Assembly (NCBI GenBank): GCA_002269645.1
Contig: NIVC01002183.1
Location: 124,001 to 188,000 of the forward strand
DNA length: 64,000 nucleotides
Reading direction: 5' to 3'
Source of the DNA: Macrostomum lignano
Lineage: Eukaryota
Shown piece after piece: positions 1 through 12,599 of the stretch (the first letter of the stretch is position 1; each line of letters opens with the position of its first letter). The position numbers were made by a program, and so were the translations under genes. The notes beneath the pieces were generated by a model that saw only the letters and a list, made by a program, of their open reading frames with translations, was not told where the DNA came from and searched no databases.

Positions 1-57
1 GACCCGGAGCTGGTAGAATTTTCGAATGCGAGGAAGTTAAAATATTAAATTACAATT

Positions 58-460
58 TTCCGCCCCCTAAGATCCTACATCCGCCCCTTAAGACCCTAAA
101 TCCGCCCCCCTAAGATCCCCAATCCGCCCCTAAGATCCTAAATCCGCACCCTAAGATCCCCAATCCACCCCTAAGATCCTAAATCCGCCCCTAAGATACT
201 AAATCCGCCCTCTAAGATCCTAAATACGCACCCTAAGATCCTACATCTGCACCCTAAAATCCTAAATCCGCACCCTAAGATCCTAAATCCGCACCCTAAG
301 ATCCTAAATCCGCACTCTAAGATCCTAAATCCGCACCCTAAGATCCTAAATCCGCACCCTAAGATCCTAAATCCGCACCCTAATAAAATCCTAAATCCGC
401 ACCCTAATAAAATCCTAAATCCGCGCCCTAATAAAATCCTAAATCCGCACCCGAAGATCA
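58..460. repeat. 21-bp minisatellite (CCGCACCCTAAGATCCTAAAT)n in intron
   Basis: Tandem copies directly visible; they explain ORF 171-482. Confidence 0.95.
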
Positions 461-482
461 TCCACCCGCCGCTGACATTCAC

Positions 483-969
483 CTTCCATCAGCAGCCTCG
501 GCAGCGGCAAGAGCCTCGGCCAGATGCTCGGCCGCTTCGTCCGGCTGGCCGGCCGCCATCGCGTCCTCACCCAGGTTGATCAGCGCCCGCGCCCGCTCCC
601 CGGCGCTGCCGGCAGCCTCGGCCAGCCGCAGCTGCTCCCGGTGCCAGCTGGCCGCCTCGGCCGGCCTGCCGAGCTGCCGGTGTAGGCAGCCGATGCTGCC
701 GAGCTCCGCCGCCTGCGCCAACGGCCGCCCGGCGCCGCGCCAAATATCGGCGCATCGACGGTGGCTGGCCAGCGCGCCAGCCGGGTCGCCGGCCGCGGCG
801 TACAGGTGGCCGAGGCTCGAAAGCGCCTTCGCCACCGTTTCGTCCAGGCCGAGACCAGCGGCCAGACGGAGCCGCTGCCGCTCGTGGCGCATCGCCGCCG
901 ACCGGTCGCCCTGAAGGAGGCGCGCCGCGCCCAAATTGCCGTGCGCTCGGCACTGGCCGGCCTCGTCAC
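483..969 (-). CDS. TTC28: TTC28-like TPR protein, coding exon (gene continues left of the window)
   Basis: Translation GDEAGQCRAHGNLGAA...ALSSLGHLY...ALASHRRC...AELGSIG resembles TTC28 TPRs. AG acceptor at 970-971, GT donor at 481-482. Phase-1 join with exon 5753-6037 gives LG|DE. Confidence 0.85.
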
Positions 970-1687
970 CTGCGGGGTTGATTGAGAGGCCTGTCTGTCC
1001 TAGTGTCTGTCCTAGTGTCTGTCCTAGTGTCTGTCCAATCTGTCCTAATTTCTGTCTTGGTGTCTGTTTAGAGTACAAGTCTAGACTAGGTTGAGAATGC
1101 CTTGAGGGCAGCTTTTTCCCCTTTTCAAAGTGAAATTTGGGATTTGCCATGCCCAGTTGAGCTGCATGACTCATGCATGCACAGATCAGAGTGATTTATG
1201 AGCCTCAGTGAATAATAGAATTAACAACTCAGGAATACCGCCGCTAACATGCAGCAGTTCTAGGTTACTTGTCACCTTCAAGATTTCAATGCAATTTTAA
1301 ATTGATCGACAGCTTTATAATTCTAGTCTGGGCATTCAACTAGCGAGCATGAAATTCCTGTCAGGCTGGGTCTCTTGCGGCATTGCTGCCCTGGAGCCTC
1401 GAGAGGGTGATAAATCCTTGTCTCCCATGGCAAAATAGGCAGAATTCTGCATTATCCAGAAATGCATCAGAGATAAAAGGGGTTTTATAGTTGCAGAAGT
1501 TTCCGTCCCGTTCCAGTTGCCATGCATTTGTGCGTTTGGCATCCAGCCATCTTTTTCTCGTCGTATAAAATCTGGCCCGAAGAGAAAATATTTACATTGC
1601 AGTGTGCACTGTTGCGCAATACATTGCTAGGAAATGTCAGAGAGATAAAAGCTTATCCCAGTTGGAAGCACTGGCCTTCACCACTCA

Positions 1688-2230
<543 letters not shown>

Positions 2231-2789
2231 ATCTCTAGCTTAAATCTCGAGAGTCCCGGCTGTCATCACCGATTTCCCAAACTGGGGACAACTATTTCGG
2301 TTCAGAATGGGGCGGACAAAATTATCCAGGAGCTTCCAAGAAGGCAAGTTAGTCCCTAAGCGACCTTTGACTGACAGGTGCTTTAAGGAAGCTTGGCCAG
2401 TTGCTCCGAGTGCAAGGCACCCCTGCGTCCAGAGGCTCCATCTGTCTTATGAACCGCTATCTGGAGATCTCTGAGGCTTTAACGATGGGGATTTTAAGCG
2501 ACAAAAAAGATCAGGCGCACTGATGGGATGCGTGACTCTAGGGAAATCAGTTGATTAGCTAATACAGTTAGCACTTTTCTGTCCCGATCCCGGTGGGATA
2601 TTGCTAGCTAGTTTGGAAGCCGGAGAGCCGAAAAAACGGGTCCTTTGTTTAACATGCTCATCATCTCATGATGGCTGACAATTTTGCTTGGTCGAGTCTG
2701 GCATTGGGTAGCAACAGTCCATTCTATCTGTCATATCCAGTCTATTCAGTCTTATTTATTCTCTCAATAACTTTTCCCTAATTTCTCTG

Positions 2790-3105
2790 GTCTCCTCTCC
2801 TCTCCTTTCCTCTCCTCTCCTCTCCTCTCCTCTCCTCTCCTCTCCTCTCCTCTCCTCTCCTCTCCTCTCCTCTCCTCTTCTCTCCTCTCCTCTCCTCTCC
2901 TCTCCTCTCCTCTCCTCTCCTCTTCTCTTCTCTCCTCTCCTCTCCCCTCCTCTCCTCTTCTCTCCTCTCCTCTCCTCTCCTCTCCTCTCCTCTCCTCTCC
3001 TCTCCTCTCCTCTCCTCTCCTCTCCTCTCCTCTCCTCTCCTCTCCTCTCCTCTCCTCTCCTCTTCTCTCCTCTCCTCTCCTCTCCTCTCCTCTCCTCTCC
3101 TCTCA
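2790..3105. repeat. (CTCTC)n microsatellite
   Basis: Direct observation. Confidence 0.97.
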
Positions 3106-3719
3106 GACCAGCTTCTACTCGTACAACAGACTTAGCAATATCGCAGTGCCAAGAAAAGAGTCAGAGCTAATGGCAATAAAACCCAGGCCGCTGCTTTTTA
3201 CTACAAGATTTCTCTCTATAAAAATAATTCCACTTTCTCTGGCTACAAACGGCGGTGACCCAGTTGCAAGATAAGTCGTAACACGTCCAGGCGACCCAAT
3301 ACACAGACTGCAAACAGCGCCTCACTTAATAAGAATGATAATTTGCGCGAAACACGAGGGGCCATCAAGAACTGGCAGCTTTGGATAAGTTTTGAAAAAA
3401 AGCAGAGCCCAGTTACTGCGCAGTTGGATCCGGGGCACGAATATTAATTCTTAATTTGTCTGCGCAAAACTTCTCCCTCCACCTTTGACCTCGGCAACAC
3501 CGAAAGAAAGAAAAACGAAAATAAGGAAATCATTTCACGTAGCGCTTTGTCAAACTCGCGTTAGATGCTGAAGAAAGATATTTTATTGTGCTTTTTGCAC
3601 TTTTGCGCACTTTTTAATTGCCCTCTGACCTGTCGGTGACTCTTTTAAGTCGGTTATAGCCAGCTGCTATAACCGACGTTTTTTCTCAGCAACTAATTTT
3701 TCTCTTCTTCCCATCATTA

Positions 3720-5165
3720 TTCTCTCCCCACCTCTCCCCATTTTCCCTATCCCTCCCCACTTCTCCTCACCTCTCCCCATTTTTCCCCATCTCTCCCCAC
3801 CTCTCCCCATTTTTCCCCATCTCTCCCCACCTCTCCCCATTTTTCCCCATCTCTCCCCACCTCTCCCCATTTTTCCCTATCCCTCCCCACTTCTCCTCAC
3901 CTCTCCCCATTTTTCCCCATCTCTCCCCACCTCTCCCCACCTCTCCCCACCTCTCCCCACCTCTCCCCATTTTTCCCCATCTCTCCCCACCTCTCCCCAT
4001 TTTTCCCCATCTCTCCCCACCTCTTCCCATTTTTCCCCATCTCTCCCCACCTCTCCCCATTTTCCCCATCTCTACCCACCTCTCCCCATTTTTCTCCATC
4101 TCTCCCCACATCTCCCCATTTTCCCCATCTCTCCCCACCTCTCTTCATTTTTCCCCATCTCTCCCCACATCTCCCCAACTCTCCCCATTTTTCCCCATCT
4201 CTCCCCACCTCTCCCCATTTTTCCCCATCTCTCCCCGCCTCTCCCTATTTTCCCCATCTCTCCCCACCTCTTCCCATTTTTCCCCATCTCTCCCCGCCTC
4301 TCCCTATTTTCCCCATCTCTCCCCACCTCTCCCCATTTTCCCCATCTCTACCCACCTCTCCCCATTTTTCTCCATCTCTCCCCACATCTCCCCATTTTCC
4401 CCATCTCTCCCCACCTCTCCCCAATTTTCCCCATCTCTCCCCACATCTCCCCAACTCTCCCCATTTTTCCCCATCTCTCCCCACCTCTCCCCATTTTTCC
4501 CCATCTCTCCCCGCCTCTCCCTATTTTCCCCATCTCTCCCCACCTCTTCCCATTTTTCCCCATCTCTCCCCGCCTCTCCCTATTTTCCCCATCTCTCCCC
4601 ACCTCTCCCCATTTTTCCCCATTTCTCCCCACCTCTCCCCATTTTTCCCCATCTCTCCCCACCTCTCCCCACCTCTCCCCATTTTTCCTCATTTCTCCCC
4701 ACCTCTCCCCATTTTTCCCCATCTCTCCCCACCTCTCCCCATCTCTCCTCATCTCTCCCCACCTCTCCCCACCTCTCCCCACCTCTCCCCATTTTTCCCC
4801 ATCTCTCCCTACCTCTCCCCATCTCTCCCCATCTCACCCCACCTCTCCCCATCTCTCCCCACCTCTCCCCATCTCTCCCCATCTCTCCCCATTTTTCCCC
4901 ATCTCTCCCCACCTCTCCCCATCTCTCCCCATCTCTCCCCATCTCTCCCCATCTCTCCCCACCTCTCCCCATCTCTCCCCATCTCTCCCCACCTCTCCCC
5001 ATCTCTCCCCATCTCTCCCCATCTCTCCCCACCTCTCCCCATCTCTCCCCATCTCTCCCCATCTCTCCCCACCTCTCCCCATCTCTCCCCATCTCTCCCC
5101 ATCTCTCCCCATCTCTCCCCACCTCTCCCCATCTCTCCCCATCTCTCCCCATCTCTCCCCACCTC
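3720..5165. repeat. (CCCCATCTCT)-type 10-mer satellite with higher-order variants
   Basis: Direct observation; explains the MGRGGERWG ORFs. Confidence 0.97.
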
Positions 5166-5752
5166 TTCCTGTTCTCCGAACCTCTCCTACTGAAAAAGGC
5201 GCAGCCTCCTGACCTGAGCCTAAATCTCCAGTAAAAAGTTTATTGGAGATTGAGTAGAGCAGATTCCCTTACTGCAGAAGAAAGTTAACTAACGTCAGAC
5301 ATGCAAACTCTAATTTCAAATCAAAGGATGAGCTTAACCACGTCTGAACTTCCTGTCGGCTAAGAGTAAGAAGCACATCACCCTTGTTAATTTTTAATCT
5401 GGAAATTCAGACCCCATTTGAAGTTGATCCGTTTACAAGCGCAGCTAAGAAAGCACAAAGCAGTGGGTTTGGTTGGAAATAATAAAACATGAATAGAATG
5501 GAGTACTGAGGTATCACCTTGACAGTGACCTCTGTCAGCTCATCCTTGGAGCTGGGAGCTGAGCTGTCAGGGACTTGTTCTACCTAGCATGAATTTTTAA
5601 TTCAATTTTCAGTCTCTCAGAAACAAAAAAGATTTACGACTCAAAGTTAGACAGACAGATTTACAACTCTACCTCATGAATCCATGAACTGAGCTAAAGC
5701 ACTTATGAACTCATTAAATCACAAAATAATTGAACTCGAATCGTTAACTGAC

Positions 5753-6037
5753 CAAGTTTCTCAGCCGTGGCCAGGTCCTGCTGCATGAGGCAAACCGCCC
5801 TGTCGAGATTCCCCAGCAGCCAGTGCGCCTTGCTCAGCGCGCTGATCACCGAAGCCCTCAGCCTGCCAAAGTCCGCCCCGCCGCCCGTCGGCAGGCGCAG
5901 CGCGCTCTCCAGACACGTCGCCGCCTGCTTGTGCAGCCCGCGACTCTCCAGCTCCTGGCCGATAGCGGCGGTGATGACGAACGGACTCTCGGCCATAGAC
6001 AGCTGGCTGAGCTGGGCTCGAGTGGCTCTGAACTGGT
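5753..6037 (-). CDS. TTC28: TTC28-like coding exon
   Basis: DQFRATRAQLSQLSMAESPFVITAAIGQEL...LRASVISALSKAHWLLGN...MQQDLATAEKLG resembles the TTC28 N-terminal TPR region. Canonical AG (6038-6039) and GT (5751-5752). Confidence 0.85.
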
Positions 6038-6054
6038 CTGCAAGTTTTCCGAGG

Positions 6055-6055
<1 letters not shown>

Positions 6056-6089
<34 letters not shown>

Positions 6090-6179
6090 GACTAACTAAC
6101 TGACTAACTAACTAACTAACTAACTAACTGACTAACTAACTGACTAACTAACTAACTAACTAACTAACTGACTAAAGTT

Positions 6180-6235
<56 letters not shown>

Positions 6236-6363
6236 GTTATTTCCAGATTGGCTTTCCAGCTGCCTTAATCGTTTCCGGTGATCTTGTGTGCGTGCTTTCA
6301 GCTTGATTGGCTGCGGCAAGCAAGCTCGAAAGAGCTCGCTTCGCTCGCTCTTTCTCGCTATCT

Positions 6364-6397
<34 letters not shown>

Positions 6398-6398
6398 C

Positions 6399-6469
<71 letters not shown>

Positions 6470-6488
6470 CAACTAACTAACTAACTAA
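6056..6488. repeat. (CTAA)n microsatellite filling an intron, interrupted by a ~125-bp unique insert (~6236-6362)
   Basis: Direct observation. Confidence 0.95.
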
Positions 6489-6493
6489 CGTAC

Positions 6494-6635
6494 CTCCGAT
6501 AGGTGACTCCATGGCGCAGTCGATCAGGTCGCAAAGTCGGCTCGCATCGTCGGAGTTCTGGCCGAGACTGAGGCAGATGGCGGCGGCAGTGTCCGCGAAC
6601 TGGGCCATGGACTGGCCGCTGGTCGATGGAAGGCC
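6494..6635 (-). CDS. TTC28: TTC28-like coding exon (possible frameshift near 6606)
   Basis: MAQFADTAAAICLSLGQNSDDASRLCDLIDCAMESPIG resembles the TTC28 segment preceding the next exon. GT donor 6492-6493 is phase 1 and in frame with exon 5753-6037. Confidence 0.7.
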
Positions 6636-7119
6636 CTGATGAAGAGTAAATGTAACTCTTATGGATCCGCTGTGTCGCATGAAACTTTCATTATTAATTA
6701 CTGTACGTTTATCGCAGAGGGAATAAATTCTGAGGCTCTTTTGTGTTTTCTATATCCATTTTTTTTGGTTGTGCTACACGATTGTTAAATGATATATCCA
6801 AATGCAAGCTGAAAGTGCCGATTGCCATTCAAGTTGAGTGTCGGGTTGCCATTCCGGCTTCCTCAGCAACCCGATCTTCGCGCTTGAAGCGTGACTGGGA
6901 ATTGAAAAGCCGTCTCGAAAAAGAATCGAGAAACGCGATATTCTGATAGTAGCTCGTAGCTGCGCGCTGCTTGTCTTTGTCTGTCCGCTGGCCCTGTGCT
7001 AATTGGGCTTGGTTTCATTTCGGAGATCAAGTCAACGCCAGCTTTATTAAATAGGGTATCTCCCCTGACTTATGATGCATATATTAATTGCTAGGAAATA
7101 ATAGTTTTTTAATTTTTTG

Positions 7120-7640
7120 GTAGTGGGAGAAGAGAGGAGAGGTAGTGAGTGGAGGGGAGAGGTAGTGAGTGGAGAGGAGAGGTAGTGAGTGGAGAGGAGA
7201 GGTAGTGAGTGAAGAGGAGAGGTAGTGAGTGGAGAGGAGAGGTAGTGGGAGAAGAGAGGCAGTAGGAGAAGAGAGGAGAGGTAGTGAGTGGAGAGGAGAG
7301 GTAGTGAGAGGATAGGAGAGGTAGTGAGTGGAGAGGAGAGGTAGTGAGTGGAGAGGAGAGGTAGTGGGAGAAGAGAGGCAGTAGGAGAAGAGAGGAGAGG
7401 TAGTGAGTGGAGAGGAGAGGTAGTGAGTGAAGAGGAGAGGTAGTGAGTGGAGAGGAGAGGTAGTGAGTGGAGAGGAGAGGTAGTGGGAGAAGAGAGGCAG
7501 TAGGAGAAGAGAGGAGAGGTAGTGAGTGAAGAGGAGAGGTAGTGAGTGGAGAGGAGAGGTAGTGAGTGGAGAGGAGAGGTAGTGAGTGGATAGGAGAGGT
7601 AGTGAGTGGAGAGGAGAGGTAGTGAGTGGAGAGGAGATGT
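7120..7640. repeat. 20-bp purine-rich minisatellite (GAGAGGTAGTGAGTGGAGAG)n
   Basis: Direct observation. Confidence 0.95.
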
Positions 7641-7802
7641 AGAGGGAGGAGAGAGGAAAGAAGGGGCTTACGGATGGGGAGAGGGAGATGCAGGGGTGAG
7701 AGAGACCTGAGGAGATATACAGGAGAGAAAGGCGAATAGAAGACGGGACCAAGGGCAGACAACAAGAGGACAAGAAATGAATGGAAACACTTGCATCAGT
7801 AC

Positions 7803-7915
7803 CCGTGCATGTCGGGAACTGCAGGGCCAGCAGCCACTGCTGAATCAGCTGCAGTAATTGAAGGACTCTCAGCGGGGGTTCCCAGGTTCGCCAGATTGAC
7901 TTCTGTCACTATTCT
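7803..7915 (-). CDS. Candidate upstream exon of the TTC28-like gene
   Basis: GC-richer open island with a GT donor at 7801-7802; phase 2 would give ...VPDMHG|AFHR. Similarity is weak. Confidence 0.3.
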
Positions 7916-8159
7916 CTAATTGCTACTGTATAGCAGTGCACCTAATTAATATTATTATTAGTCACCAGTGCGCCAAGCCCTATTTTATATTCTGTCTGTA
8001 TTGTGCCAATCAGTGTGTAAACTAATCTTTGATTAATGTATAATAAATGGTTTCCGTGATCATCTGCACACTGTCATTTAACTTAATTGTAGTTGACATG
8101 CCGAGTGAGTTAGCTGGGGTAAAGCTGTAGTTACAAGAGTTGCCCATTTTAGCGCAAGG

Positions 8160-8740
8160 CTTTATGGAGAGAGGGTAGGGCTCTAGGGGGAGAGGGTAGG
8201 GGCTCTAGGGAGAGAGGGTAGGGCTCTAGGGAGAGAGGGTAGGGCTCTAGGGAGAGAGGGTAGGGCTCTAGGGAGAGAGGGTAGGGCTCTAGGGGGAGAG
8301 GGTAGGGGCTCTAGGGAGAGAGGGTAGGGCTCTAGGGGGAGAGGGTAGTGGCTCTAGGGAGAGAGGGTAGGGGCTCTAGGGAGAGAGGGTAGGGCTCTAG
8401 GGGGAGAGGGTAGGGGCTCTAGGGAGAGAGGGTAGGGGCTCTAGGGAGAGAGGGTAGGGGCTCTAGGGGGAGAGGGTAGGGGCTCTAGGGAGAGAGGGTA
8501 GGGCTCTAGGGAGAGAGGGTAGGGGCTCTAGATAGAGAGGGTAGGGGCTCTAGGGAGAGAGGGTAGGGGCCTTATGGAGAGAGGGTAGGGTCTCTAGGGA
8601 GAGAGGGTAGGGGCTTTAGGGAAAGAGAGTAGAGGCTATAGGGAGAGAGGGTAGGGGCCCTATGGAGAGAGGGTAGGGTCTCTAGGGAGAGAGGGTAGGG
8701 GCTTTAGGGAAAGAGAGTAGAGGCTATAGGGAGAGAGGGT
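8160..8740. repeat. G-rich 19-20-bp minisatellite (GGGAGAGAGGGTAGGGGCTCTA)n
   Basis: Direct observation. Confidence 0.95.
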
Positions 8741-9189
8741 AACGCTACTAGTAAAAATTTGAAGAAAAGGGGAATTTAAAGCCAGCAGCAGCCGACCGCT
8801 TTGTCCTCGCGGCAGGGGTGGCTTCGGCCCTGATGACATTTTCCTTCTGCTAGGAGCTGTTTAAAACTCCCATCGTCTATTTGTTCGGTTTTTTCCCTGT
8901 CTTTAAGCTTCTCAATCGTTAACTGCCTCGTCTCTCTCTTCTCCTTCTCTTTCTTTCTCGCGCACAAAAGAAACAAAAGAATTTATGTTGAGTTTCGCCG
9001 TGGGGTGCAAGGGAAGGCAGCAGCAGGCCATGCTGAAGTTGATTTGCTTGTGCAGAAATACTAAAGACAGTTGTGCAGCTCTCCCAGAGTCAGTTGAGGT
9101 CACTGCTCGTATGGTGAATAGTTCTTATATTACAATAATTCACTCTTGTAAGCTGCTGTCAGTGTGGTGTTTCAAACATCTAAGGGATA

Positions 9190-9317
9190 TGGCAGACTCA
9201 TCTATGGGATATGGCAGACTCATCTAAGGGATATGGCAGACTCATCTATGGGATATGGCAGACTCATCTATGGGATATGATAGACTCATCTATCGGATAT
9301 GACAGACTCATCTATGG
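9190..9317. repeat. 22-bp minisatellite (ATATGGCAGACTCATCTATGGG)n
   Basis: About 6 copies visible. Confidence 0.9.
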
Positions 9318-9344
9318 GTTATTGAACGCACATGTAACAGCAGA

Positions 9345-10170
9345 ACTCGAGTAGGGAGACACAGATACTCCATTGGGGAGACACAGAGACTCCAGTGGGG
9401 AGACACAGACACTCCAGTGGGGAGACACAGACACCCCAGTGGAGAGACACAGACACTCCAGTGGGAGACACAGACCCCAGTAGAGACACAGACACTCCAG
9501 TGGGGAGATACAGACACTCCAGTGGGGAGACACTCCAGTGGGAGACACAGACACTCCAGTGGAGAGACACAGACACTCCAGTGGGAGACACAGACACCCT
9601 AGTGGGGAGACACTCTAGTGGGAGACACAGACACTCCAGTGGAGAGACACAGAGACTCCAGTGGAGAGACACAGACACTCCAGTGGGGAGACACTCTAGT
9701 GGGAGACACAGACACTCCAGTGGGGAGACACTCTAGTGGGAGACACAGACACTCCAGTGGGGAGACACTCTAGTGGGAGACACAGACACTCCAGTGGAGA
9801 GACACAGAGACTCCAGTGGGGAGACACAGACACTCCAGTGGGGAGACACAGACACTCCAGTGGGGAGACACTCTAGTGGGAGACACAGACACTCCAGTGG
9901 GGAGACACTCTAGTGGGAGACACAGACACTCCAGTGGAGAGACACAGAGACTCCAGTGGGGAGACACAGACACTCCAGTGGGGAGACACAGACACTCCAG
10001 TGGGAGACACAGACACTCCAGTGGGGAGACACAGACACTCCAGTGGGGAGACACAGACACTCCAGTGGGAGACACAGACACTCCACTGGGAGACACAGAC
10101 ACTCCAGTGGGAGACACAGACACTCCAGTGGGGAGACACAGACACCCTAGTGGGGAGACACAGACACACG
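9345..10170. repeat. ~22-bp minisatellite (GGAGACACAGACACTCCAGTGG)n
   Basis: Direct observation. Confidence 0.95.
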
Positions 10171-10221
10171 CTCTGTAATGGTAGACACAACAAAGGAATG
10201 GTAGACACACTGTAATGGCAT

Positions 10222-10836
10222 CTATTCTTCATCAGATGCTGACAAAGTCTGTTTCCTGAGACTCACCGGAGAGCTGCCAGTCAGAGAGCACCGGTCAACG
10301 CTGCGAGACCGGCTGTGCTTTTGCTGCTGCAACCGTCTGCCAACAAGCTTGAACTTCGACAAAGCAGCGGACGAAGCTGACGATGACGACGGCGACGAGC
10401 TCGTCGAAGACTTTGACGATTTCGTAGAATTCGACGATTTCGATGACGACTTGGAAGATTTCGACGAAATTGACGAGGCCGCTTCCACAACGGCGCCGCT
10501 GTCAGTCGTGGTGGCGGCCGACACCACTGAGGCGAGCTCCGTCAGAGACCCGCCGCCGCCGCCTCCGCCGCCTCCGCCGCCGCTGTTGCTGCCGCAGCGA
10601 CTCGACTGAGCCGTCGAGTTGAAGAGCGACGCCAGACGAAGCCCGCGACCGAACCGGCGAAGAGACACGGCTGGCGACGAGGCCGAGGCGGCAGCGGCAG
10701 GAGTTGTGCTTTGCTCGGAGGTATTCGAAGCCGGTGGGTGCTCGAGGCCGACCTGATCGGGGCAGGCTTGGCTGCCTGCCTGGCCAGCTGGAGCGGGTGA
10801 GCTGCCGCTGGCCCACTTCAGCATGATGCGGTGTAG
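10222..10836 (-). CDS. Candidate Ser/Gly/Ala-rich terminal coding exon of an unidentified gene
   Basis: GC-rich 200-codon open frame ending in TAG at 10222, with a possible acceptor near 10837. No recognisable domain. Confidence 0.45.
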   Translation of the reverse strand, partial: LHRIMLKWASGSSPAPAGQAGSQACPDQVGLEHPPASNTSEQSTTPAAAASASSPAVSLRRFGRGLRLASLFNSTAQSSRCGSNSGGGGGGGGGGGSLTELASVVSAATTTDSGAVVEAASSISSKSSKSSSKSSNSTKSSKSSTSSSPSSSSASSAALSKFKLVGRRLQQQKHSRSRSVDRCSLTGSSPVSLRKQTLSASDEE

Positions 10837-12073
10837 CTGTCAGCCTGGCTGCGTGTGCCAACGCCCGGGGGTGAGTCAGGAATCCAGCCTGGCGAACGCT
10901 CTGAGCAGCGGCAGGCAGCAGCAGGAGCAAATAGTGCTGTTTGCTCTGGCGGAATTGCCTCTCCTTACTCGAGCTGCTTGTGTTCCACCGATTGTTGCGT
11001 AATTGCCAGGTGCGTCAGAGAAGCAACTCTCCCTGGTCTGGTGTTCCTACTCAATGCAGAAGCTGGCTGCTCAGGCGGAGAGCTGCAGAAGGGAGCGTGG
11101 GAAGCCACGGGGGAAGTTTTGCTGCATTGAAAACCGTAGAGGCCGTGTAGGCTTTCCTAGAAATAGAAATGCAGCGGATGGCCTGTTTCTCTTCTCCTTC
11201 CTCACACCCGACTGACTGCCCCCGCTCTCTCCTCACTCTCTCCCCTTCTCTCCCCCCGGCCTTGGATTCGCTGGCTCGCAGCCAGCACGCGCTGCTTTGT
11301 CTATTTGGCCTTAGCAGCCGCAACACTGGCACGGATGCGGGCTCTTGGCTTGAAGAATGATATATATATATATTAATAGGCATTCAATGCAGCGAAATTG
11401 GGGACAGGAAAACGTCTGCTTATTCGGACTAATTCGGAAAAAGTTTATGAGTAACATTATCAAATAATATTAGCCACATGCCAAGAAATATAACGCTACT
11501 TAAGCATGCAAAATGCATTGCTGAGATAATTAAAATTGTCCAAGTTTACAGAAAGCGACTCAAATGAGACTTGCCGAAATGAATTGGTAAGAAGAAAAAA
11601 ACACACAGACAATTAGACCGGACCATATACTTGAGCTGCATTGTGCAATTCACTAATATTATTACATAATCGGCGGTCTAGCTTAGCAACACATAAAACT
11701 CTCTATGCTACCAACTCTATCTGTATATAGCAAATAGGTAAGGACGCCTAGGAACGTGTCTGCACAGAACTCGTCAGGCAGCGTCAGTTCTACGGCGCCA
11801 ACTAAGCGCCAATAGCGACAATAAATCGCCACTTCAGAGAGGAATAGAGTGAGAGACAGAGGGTGAGCAAATCAATGAAGCAAGCTCCCATTGAATTATT
11901 TACCATTAGGGGAAAAGGGGACACATTTTCGGCCAGCTCCGCCCACTGCAGTAGCAGCTGACAGTATTGGAGAGTTTTGACCAAGTTTTAAGCATTGTTT
12001 TTGAGCCGCGAAGCCCAGTTCACTTTCACTCCCTGAGTTGAGAGTTCTACTGTGCGTTTATATGGACACGATA

Positions 12074-12548
12074 CTGTGAGCTCTGTGAACTGTGAGATCT
12101 GTGAACTGTGAGCTCTGTGAACTGTGAGATCTGTGAACTGTGAGCTCTGTGAGCTCTGTGAACTGTGAGCTCTGTGAACTGTGAGCTCTGTGAGCTCTGT
12201 GAACTGTGAGCTCTGTGAACTGTGAGCTCTGTGAGCTCTGTGAACTGTGAGCTCTGTGAACTGTGAGATCTGTGAACTGTGAGCTCTGTGAACTGTGAGA
12301 TCTGTGAACTGTGAGCTCTGTGAACTGTGAGATCTGTGAACTGTGAGCTCTGTGAACTGTGAGATCTGTGAACTGTGAGATCTGTGAACTGTGAGCTCTG
12401 TGAACTGTAAGATCTGTGAACTGTGAGCTCTGTGAACTGTGAGATCTGTGAACTGTGAGCTCTGTGAACTGTGAGATCTGTGAACTGTGAGCTCTGTGAA
12501 CTGTGAGCTCTGTGAACTGTGAGCTCTGTGAACTGTGAGCTCTGTGTG
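12074..12548. repeat. (TGTGAGCTCTGTGAAC)-type minisatellite
   Basis: Direct observation. Confidence 0.95.
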
Positions 12549-12599
12549 ATTCCTCAAATATCTCAATCTCCGTCTGACCCTTTACTCTTCATTCTTTGA

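Noticed and set aside
5993-6000. CCATAGAC copy inside a TTC28-like exon
   Set aside because: A single copy in coding sequence, consistent with chance.
6056-6488. (CTAA)n as an interstitial telomere
   Set aside because: The unit is TTAG, not TTAGG or TTAGGG, and it is confined to an intron.
9190-9317. ATCTATGG near-matches to the motif in a minisatellite
   Set aside because: One mismatch multiplied by tandem amplification; no defined gene start to relate it to.
9345-10170. Partly palindromic ~22-bp repeat resembling a CRISPR array
   Set aside because: Units are contiguous with no unique spacers, no cas genes are present, and the context is eukaryotic.
10349-10609. Acidic plus-strand ORF (DDFVEFDDF...)
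   Set aside because: Most likely the antisense shadow of Ser-rich codons on the minus strand.
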